The notes under the pieces were generated by a model that searched no databases, was not told the origin of the DNA, and saw only the letters and a program-made list of their open reading frames with translations. The position numbers were made by a program, and so were the translations under genes. From IMG/VR virus record IMGVR_UViG_3300031555_004891: a stretch of DNA of 64,000 nucleotides, one strand, 5' to 3'. Below are positions 56,400 to 64,000 of this stretch, piece after piece (within the stretch, counting starts at the first letter, position 1; each line of letters opens with the position of its first letter). Origin of the DNA: a virus. Taxonomy: Duplodnaviria > Caudoviricetes.

Positions 56400-56603
56400 A
56401 TGGCTAAACAGTATATTAAAGATTTTTACGGTCGAGTAATAGGATCTTTGGAAGAATTATCAAACGGAGATATTATTGCTAAAGACTTTCATGGTAGAGT
56501 AAAAGGTAAATACAGAAAATCAGATAACACAACTAGAGATTTTCATGGTAGAGTTGTTGCTAAAGGAAATCAAGTTGGAATGTTAATAACATCTGATAGA
56601 TAA
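56400..56603 (+). CDS. small beta-repeat protein
   Basis: Three (K/R)DFxGRV repeats. Confidence 0.7.
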   Translation: MAKQYIKDFYGRVIGSLEELSNGDIIAKDFHGRVKGKYRKSDNTTRDFHGRVVAKGNQVGMLITSDR

Positions 56604-56654
56604 AATCAGGGGAGAATCTATTAGCTACCCCGTTAATGAGGAATTTATAAAGAC

Positions 56655-59015
56655 ATGGCTGGAAATAATGTAATACAGATACTCAGGGGTACTAGAGATG
56701 AGATCGCTTCTAACAAAAATAAAGATGTGATGCTCAACGAAGGTTAGCTTCTTTATAATCTTACAGATAATTATCTTACCTGTGGTGGTGAAAATGGTAG
56801 TAAGTTAACTAGCCTACCAGTAACTACTAGAAGTATGTCAGGTCATTATGATGATTAGATAATGGGAATATTGCCATCTAATTGCCTTGATGGATCTGTT
56901 GATAAATACAGAGTGGGCCCAGTAGTAACACCAACTAGAGTAGAGTATGATGAGAATGGCGATCCTATAAAAACTTATTATGACTCAAAATTTGAAATAG
57001 ATTCTGCTTTAGGATCAAAAATTATCTTAGGCTCAGATTTTATTAAGTTATCTTTAAGTGATGGTAAACATGTAACACTAAATTCTTCAGGTTTTTCATC
57101 ATCAAGTGGATCATCTGCTAGCTCAGTAAACGCAACAGATTTATCAGCATCTTCTGCAAATATTGGTGGAGCACTTACTTCGAGAAGCATAAGTGTTGGT
57201 GGAACTAAGACTTATTTATCCGCTAACGGTAATGCTGTAACTTTAAGAAATGCTAAAAAGATTCTATTAGATGGTGAAAATGGTACTATAGAGCAAAAAG
57301 CAAGCAGCATAACTCAAGAAGCCATAGTATTAGATTCTAAAGTTGCTGTTATTAATTTCAATTCGCAAGTAGAGATTGGAACTACTGCTGCTAGATTAAA
57401 TCTAAAATTCGCTAAACCAACTAATATAGATGGGAATATTAATTTTACTGGAAAAGTAACATCATCTTACACACCTAGAGATGAGAATGATGTAGTAAGA
57501 CTTAAAGATTTAGGTGTTAATATAGATTAGTTGCAAGATTCTATCGATGGAATTGTTATTCCAGATAAATCTTCTTCATCTGCAGTAAGTGATTCTGTAG
57601 TTGTAACTGAGTCAGATTTAGATGATCAATATTCTGTTATTATAAGTACTGCTGGTGAAAAATCAGCTTTATCAGCTACACCTAAAAATTTAGTATCTAT
57701 AAATCCTAAAAATGGTAGAATGACTGCTGGTAGATATACTGTGAGCACAGCAGATCAGCAAGTTGAAAGAGATAATGCACACGGTATAAATTTAAATAAC
57801 TCTGATGCAATAAACGCTCATGCTATACACTTTAATAACACTGGAAATTATGGTTTAACATTCTCTAGTAAGAATGATCGCTTTTATGTAGATAGAGGCA
57901 CTGCTTTTATCTAGACTAAAAATGATAAAAATGAAACTATAACTAAAACACTTCTTACTCAAGAAGGTGGTGATATAACAACCCTTAATATATAGAATGA
58001 TTTTACCGTTGGCGGTAAATTGACTGTTAATGGAAGCTTTCAACCAAATAAACTAGTTATAGCTGGTGCTAATTAGCATGTGCGTGATGGTGCTAAATCT
58101 TATGGTTTCTATGCAAATAATTCTGATATTGATGGTGTATATAATATAAGGTTTGAGACACATGCAGATAACCCAGATCAAGGTATCTTATTCTAGAATC
58201 GTGATTTTGATAATCAATATTATAGATTAGCAGCTGAGACATCAAATACAGGACCTAAGTTATATTTAAGTACTGTAAAGTATGATGAAAGTGGTAAAAA
58301 AGTTATTGGTGTTGGAACTAATGATTCTCATGTAAAATACGAAGTTATAACATCTAAAGGTGGATAGACTATAGGTGATGGAACTACCACAAACAATCTT
58401 TAGATGTTTACAGTAAACGGTCACCAAACAGTAACAAAGACCTTAACAGCAAACAAAGCTTCTTTAACAGATTTATCTGTTAGCGGCGGTGCTGTAAGCA
58501 TTAAGAATAAAAGCAATAAAACAGGTGAAATAGTCTTAACAGATGGAAGTGTTACTGCTAAAACTATAACTGCTACTGATACTATAAAATCTAATAAAAA
58601 TATAATAGCCAGCGGTGATATTACAGGTAACGTATTGCAGACTAGTGGTTCTCATAATGTAGTTATCGATGGTAATACAGGTAATATTTCCGGTGCTTAT
58701 CTAGATGGTACAGCAAATTATGCTAAACACTTAGCGCCTGGAGCCGTTAAATTAGGCCTTCTTCCTGAAGGCACCTATACAGGTAACGATCCAAACACTT
58801 TGTATATTTTAGTATGTAAATCTAGCGATGGCAAATCGAATTGCACATTTAAGTCTAAGTATGCTTATGATTATTGCTATATAAGAATATCTTCCGATGA
58901 TGATCACAACAAAGAGGACGCTGGAAGCATGAGTGCTGGAACTGAGTTAAAAATACATAATGATACAAATGATGATTGGATACATACTTGGTTGTATGTA
59001 TACACTAAAAATTAA
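56655..59015 (+). CDS. long Mtd_N-like tail fibre C, 786 aa, 9 TAG
   Basis: VIQILRGT..LNEG(TAG)LLYN..LTCGG; no TAA/TGA until 59013; G/S/T-rich beta repeats. Confidence 0.85.
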
Positions 59016-59052
59016 AAAAAAAATAAAAATTTATATATAGGAGTAAAAATCT

Positions 59053-60392
59053 ATGAGTAATAACAAATCTATTTAGTTACTCAGGGGCTCAGATACTAGT
59101 ATCAAAGCCTCAACAGACACTTTGCTCCCCGGTCAACCTCTCTACAACTTGACTACAAAAGAGTTTTACGTAGGGGGGGGGGCAACACCACTATTAAAAG
59201 TCTTACAGGTATAACAGCCAATAAGACAAAAAATGCTCTAACATTTAGCTCGGCAGGCTCTGGAGCATCTAGTGGAACAACTTTTGATGGAAGCACAGCA
59301 AGAACTATAAGTTACAACACAATTGGTGCTGCTGCAGCTTCTGATGTGCAATATGCTATAAATAAAGATAATTATTTGGTAATCTATACAAATAAAAATT
59401 CTCAATCAACTAGCAATATCGTTTATACTAATTATCCAGTATACACAATTACTTTTAACGCTGGGAGTAATGGTACCTGCTCAACATCAAGCAAATAGAC
59501 TGTTTTAGGTTATTTATCAAGCACACCTAGTGTAACAGCTAATTCTGGTTATACATTTAAGGGTTGGTATACATCAAGCAGCGGTGGTACTCAAGTAACT
59601 ACTAGCTATAAGTTTACAGGTAATGCAACTGTTTATGCTCAGTATACAGCAGCATCTACAACAACATATAAAGCTACATTCTATACAGATGGTGGATCTG
59701 TTTCACCTAGTTATGTATCAGCTAATTCTAGCAACTATTTAGATGCTTCTACCTTACCTATACCAACAAAATCTGGTTATGCGTTTGGTGGTTGGTACCT
59801 TGATGCTTCTTATTATAACCAATTTACTTCTAGAACATTAACTAGCGATATAACTCTATATGCGTACTGGATTGATTCTAGCAGTTACGATTGGTTTGGT
59901 CCAGTAAATCCTTCTGGTGGATTTGTAGCGTTGAGAAAACCTATAGATGCGTCCGATGATTATTATGCGTTCGCACCAGTTTTAAATGATGAGTATGATA
60001 GTCCAGCTAACTACATAGCATATGGTCAGTGGCAAGAAGAAAATCAACAGCTATATTTTAATCCGGAAGATGCATTTACTGATGCAGATACATGGTCTGG
60101 TGAAATCTATATCGGTGTTCAGAGTGAACAAGGTATCTTCATACCTGCAAATTGTGTTAACAGTTCATGCCTTCCAGATACTAACTATAATTTAAATGAT
60201 GGAAATACTAATTATGACAATGGTTGGGCTACCCTTGAGTTTGAACATCTTCCTGGTGTTATTTGTCCAGCAGATGAGGGTATTGCTGAAATTACAGGTG
60301 TTGCCGCTACTACAATTGTTATAGATAGAAATTCTATGTGTGCTGGCGATTGCGGCGGTGATGGTAGTGAAATATGGCACGATATATCTTAA
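59053..60392 (+). CDS. Mtd_N-like tail fibre D with two InlB-B/Flg_new-type repeats, frameshifted at G10 (59173-59182), 2 TAG
   Basis: SI(TAG)LLRGS..PGQPLYN..FYVGGG; 0 frame stops at 59214; -1 frame gives TFDGSTARTISYNTIGA, GYTFKGWY..VYAQY, PTKSGYAFGGWY..LYAYW and joins the 59931 ORF. Confidence 0.85.
59173..59182 (+). repeat. G10 homopolymer tract (GGGGGGGGGGCAA)
   Basis: Direct read. Confidence 0.95.
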
Positions 60393-60402
60393 TTTAATTT
60401 AT

Positions 60403-60439
60403 AAAGACTTTAGATTTATTTCTAAAGTCTTTTCTTTTT
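60403..60439 (+). terminator. intrinsic terminator
   Basis: AAAGACTTTAGA...TCTAAAGTCTTT + T tract. Confidence 0.75.
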
Positions 60440-60533
60440 AGTTGATTTATAAATGAAAATATTATATAATTATAATGTAGATAAGAAATCTAATCTCATT
60501 TATACATAACTAAATATAAGTGAGGTATTTATA

Positions 60534-61273
60534 ATGGAACAAATTAACCCTAAGTATGAGATTGGAACAAAAATTATCTACAAACAAAAGAAATATGCTA
60601 TTGCTGATCATGTATATTATAAAAGTAATGATACATGGTACTATTGGTTGAGAGGTGTTATCAAAAAATCTAGACTAGGAATACCCGAATGGATTTATAT
60701 AAATGACGCTAAACAAATTTTAATAAATAGGATTGATTCTGATACTTCTATTAAAATAATTTCAGAAACAGCATAAAATTAGTTGATTTATTAATTAATT
60801 TATTATATAATATAAGTGTAGATTAAAGATGGAGTGATAGTATATGGAAAAGCTTGATCATTTCGAACTTATGTTAGTAAAAGGTTGTGTAGTATCTGAA
60901 ATCAGACAGCTCGAAGAATTAAATGCTGAAATTGATAGCAAAAAATCACCATCAACTATAGATTTAGTTAACTATGCTTATAATAAAGAATATATTGAAA
61001 AATATCAAAAAATTATTCAAAAATTAAGTTAAAAACAGTTGATTAAATAATCAAAATATTATATAATATATAATGTAAATAGAAGTTATAGAGGTCATTG
61101 ATATGGATAAAAAGCAAATGTTAAAAGACGGTTTGAAAAAGAAAACAGTGTATTTACTTGTTGGAAAAGATATCAATGGAAAAGAGCATTTCACAGTAAT
61201 AGAAGATTTAGAAATGGCTAAGCTTTATAAAACTAGTGAAAATGTTCGACCTATAACGATGTTTATGAAATAA
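60534..61273 (+). CDS. three small early ORFs (60534-60776, 60844-61032, 61103-61273), each with its own promoter
   Basis: Promoters at 60442, 60783, 61039 and GAGG/GGAG RBSs. Confidence 0.7.
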
Positions 61274-61279
61274 GCTAAA

Positions 61280-62215
61280 TAAACGGTGCCACGAAGCCAA
61301 AGCGTTCGCGATATAGATGTTATTAAATCTCTCAAAAACGGATCTGGGAAGAAAGCAGCTGTGGTAAATGGAATGAGATAAACAGCCGTTATTAAAACTC
61401 AAATATAATCAATGACGCCTCGGAAAGACGAGCATTAACTGGTTGGGTAGTTAGGTCATCATCTCTCAACTTGAAATGACCAGATTTGTTTATATTTGAG
61501 TAACAATTTAATTGAACACTGTAGTTTAACAGCAGCAAGTCGTAAACACCTCATCTAGAAAGGGGAGAAGTGGTTTCGGTAGATGGTAAGTGCAATTCAC
61601 CACTAGTTAGTTCAATTAACAATAAAAACCTAGGTATTCAAAACGTAGAGTAAAATCCGCGTGGAGGAAGGTCAGACATTTCTAATTCAAGTGCACAAAG
61701 GATTAGAAGTGAGTTGTTGTCAGGACATTTAGTTATTAGTCCTATCCGTATGAGACAATGAGGTTATCCCCGAAGGATAACTGACGGTGAAAAAGTTGAG
61801 TAGACCTTTAATCGAAAGATGAAATAACTGCTTATATATAATATTGTACTGAAGTTCACAAATCGATTCTCAGCAAAATGTGTATCTGAAAGATGGTAAA
61901 TTGTGATAGTACACTACTTCGGCGAGTACAATATTTTGGTGCGGAATAAAGAGTTGATTTACATGTCCGCGAAAGTCAACCACCTTTAGAAATTAGTCGT
62001 GTAAGGCATTATACGGCGCGTAGTAATTATTGATGTGGTAGGTCCGTTGAAAGATTACGGCACCCATCAAGCGGGGCGTGTATGAATGATATAGTCGCTA
62101 AGCCCCGCGGCGACATAATTAATGTAACGGTCAATAAATACTAATTGTTAACCGTGGTTAGTTGCAGAGAGGATAGATGCTCAGTGGAATAGTTGTGAAA
62201 TATCAATTCTACCTC
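61280..62215 (+). ncRNA. large structured non-coding RNA region (GOLLD/ROOL-class candidate); boundaries approximate
   Basis: No credible ORF, raised GC, many stems (61508-17/61610-19, 61841-50/61925-34), pseudoknot 62071-77/62102-08, directly upstream of tRNAs. Confidence 0.6.
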
Positions 62216-62334
62216 TTCAGAGTTTAATTAAGGACTGACGTTACTTTTGGAAACGACACAAAGGCGTACAGACTAAACCAACGAGAAGGGTTTATCCGTA
62301 ACTGGACAACACGTTAGAAATTGTCCGTATATAC

Positions 62335-62410
62335 TCCAGGGTGTTAGCAATGGTAGCTGGCGAGGTTCATACCCTCGAGGTTGTGAGTTCGAGTCTCACC
62401 CCTGGGCCCA
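62335..62410 (+). tRNA. tRNA with CAU anticodon (Met or Ile2)
   Basis: TCCAGGG/CCCTGGG, CGAGG-TTCATAC-CCTCG, GTGAG-TTCGAGT-CTCAC, CCA; unusual C73. Confidence 0.88.
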
Positions 62411-62413
62411 AAT

Positions 62414-62491
62414 CACTTACTCGACTAACTGGTAAGTCGTCCGCTTGAGCGCTGCGGAGGTTAGAGGGTTCAAGTCCCCTGTAAGTGGCCA
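62414..62491 (+). tRNA. tRNA-like gene with 9-nt anticodon loop
   Basis: CACTTAC/GTAAGTG, D arm GACT/AGTC, TCCGC-TTGAGCGCT-GCGGA, TTCAAGT loop, CCA. Confidence 0.7.
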
Positions 62492-62660
62492 TTTAAGGTA
62501 AGGCCTTCTCTAACAGGTAGACTTTAAATTAGTTAGAGTCAAGCGTTTCTCGATATCGTATAAAGAATCGAGCTTTAATTTGTTATCTTAATACGCTTGT
62601 TGGTTCGTATTTATTTAACTTAATCTATGTATTGTTTAACTGGATAATACATAGATACAT

Positions 62661-62743
62661 GGGTAGCATGGCGAAATCTAGAAGACGCGAGGGTCGCTCC
62701 CTTACCGAAAGGTGTGTAGGTGCAAGTCCTGCTGTGCCCACCA
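62661..62743 (+). tRNA. class II (Leu-like) tRNA-like gene with 5-nt anticodon loop
   Basis: GCG/CGC D stem, AGGG-TCGCT-CCCT, ACC-GAAA-GGT arm, GTAGG-TGCAAGT-CCTGC, ACCA. Confidence 0.6.
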
Positions 62744-62808
62744 TCAGATTTATAATCTGAAACCTCTTTTTATTTACACATTAATGGTAGTATTTTCTAC
62801 CATTATAT

Positions 62809-62878
62809 CTATGGATAGTCTAGCGGATAAGACGCTGGTTAAGAGCCAGTATCGCAGGTTCGAATCCTGCTCTATAGC
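62809..62878 (+). tRNA. short tRNA-like gene, AAG anticodon, no encoded CCA
   Basis: CTATGGA/TCTATAG, GTCT/AGAC, CTGG-TTAAGAG-CCAG, GCAGG-TTCGAAT-CCTGC. Confidence 0.65.
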
Positions 62879-63129
62879 ACGCTTATAACAGGTTGTAAAG
62901 GCCTAACAACTTTAGAGGTAAGATGGCTGATTGAAAAAGATCAGCATACGTATCCTGAGTGCCCTTCGATTCGGTTCGACTCCAAACATTCGCATCGGAA
63001 TAGCGAGAGGGTAGGTCACGAGAGTCGTAAGATAGTTCGAGTCTATCCCTCAAGTTTATCTTTTTACAATTACTAAATATGTGCTAAAATTATTGTATAA
63101 TATATTATATGATATAAGGAAACATATTT

Positions 63130-64000
63130 ATGAGTGAGAAAAAAGATTAGAAATTATTGAAAAAATATCTTCTTAAAAATGTTGAAAATGGATATGTACC
63201 ATCACCGGAAGATACTAGAGACTACACAATTAAAAATGTTGCTTTAGAAGAAACAGATGAAATACCTGAAACTTACATAAAGAAGGGTATGAAAGTACTT
63301 AGTCAAGGTAATGTTGGAAGTTGCGTTGCTCATGCTTGTGCCACTGCTATGGGGTATGGTGAGTTAGCTGGTGGTTTTGAAACTGCTCATGATTTCAGTA
63401 GAGGTTATATCTATGGTAATAGAGGTCCTGCTGATTCGCAAAGTGAAGGTATGTATATACGTCAAGCATTAAAACAGTTAAATAAATGTGGTGATGTTGA
63501 GTATATAGATTTTCCGCTAAATGCTAAATATCCAGTAGTTAAAGCAGAAATAGAGAAGAATAAAGATGCTTTAGCTGAAAAAGCAGCTCAATTTAAAATA
63601 GTAAATTACTTTAGATGCTATAGTGATGAGGAAGTTAAGAAGACTCTTCTAGCTCAAGGTGCCGTAGTTATAGGTATTCCTGTATATAGCTCATTTAAAG
63701 CGGAATGTCCATTACCTGATGCTGATGATAAACGCACTGGTGGTCACGCTATGGTTGTTGTTGGTTGGGATGAAACAGGCTGGATTATACAAAATAGTTG
63801 GTCTAGCAGTTGGGGTAAGCAAGGATTTATGCATTTACCATACGATTATCCTATTGATGAGTTATGGGGAATAACAGTCAATAAAAATGTTCCACAACCT
63901 GAACAAAAATCAGCTACAGATAGAATTGTTGCTTTCCTCGCTTTCTATATTAAGTATCTATTAAGAGAAATTAAAAGATTTTTTTTACAAAAAATAAGTA
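63130..64000 (+). CDS. papain-like (C1A) cysteine peptidase, TAG at codon 7, runs off window
   Basis: QGNVGSCVAHA, GGHAMVVVGW, IQNSW..WG. Confidence 0.9.

Noticed and set aside
3229-59015. Pseudogene decay as the explanation for fragmented ORFs
   Set aside because: Breaks are TAG only, in frame, at conserved Gln positions, and CUA tRNAs are encoded.
986-61402. Minus-strand ORFs in the supplied track
   Set aside because: Nearly all are short shadows of + strand genes or RNA genes (e.g. 55242-55466 overlies the tRNAs), with no recognisable motifs.
61280-61680. RNase P RNA (GGTGCCAC and GAGGAAGGTC look-alikes) or a pistol ribozyme (CGTGGTTAG near 62153)
   Set aside because: Motifs are in the wrong order or lack their partner strands; needs a covariance-model search to exclude fully.
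1-64000. CRISPR array, rRNA, integrase or IS element
   Set aside because: No regularly spaced repeats or recognisable sequences of these kinds seen.

Overview
AT-rich window from a large tailed-phage genome, with all credible genes on the + strand; the host is probably a Firmicute (RecU, GGAGG Shine-Dalgarno sites, InlB-B-type repeats). The genome reads TAG as a sense codon. About 20 genes are split only by in-frame TAG in the standard-code ORF track, and TAG falls on conserved Gln positions (IQxLRG, GQxLY, YVGQS), which indicates genetic code 15. Two tandem tRNAs with CUA anticodons lie at 55236-55408. Contents in order: replication/recombination block (beta clamp, RecU, dUTPase, RecA, type IIA topoisomerase, DnaX/HolB/HolA-like clamp loader, SbcCD), putative transcription regulators, a degenerate peptide deformylase, tail-fibre/receptor-binding cassettes, nrdD interrupted by a group I intron carrying a GIY-YIG endonuclease, nrdG, many small early genes (including Thg1-like, ThyX, RNase H), more tail fibres, about 1 kb of structured non-coding RNA, a cluster of mostly aberrant tRNA-like genes, and a papain-like protease. 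The top novelty candidate is three tail-fibre/RBP genes, each broken at a G9-10-CAA run that needs exactly a -1 shift (or one extra G) to reach a long downstream frame, layered on top of amber gating. All calls come from reading the sequence by eye; no searches were run.
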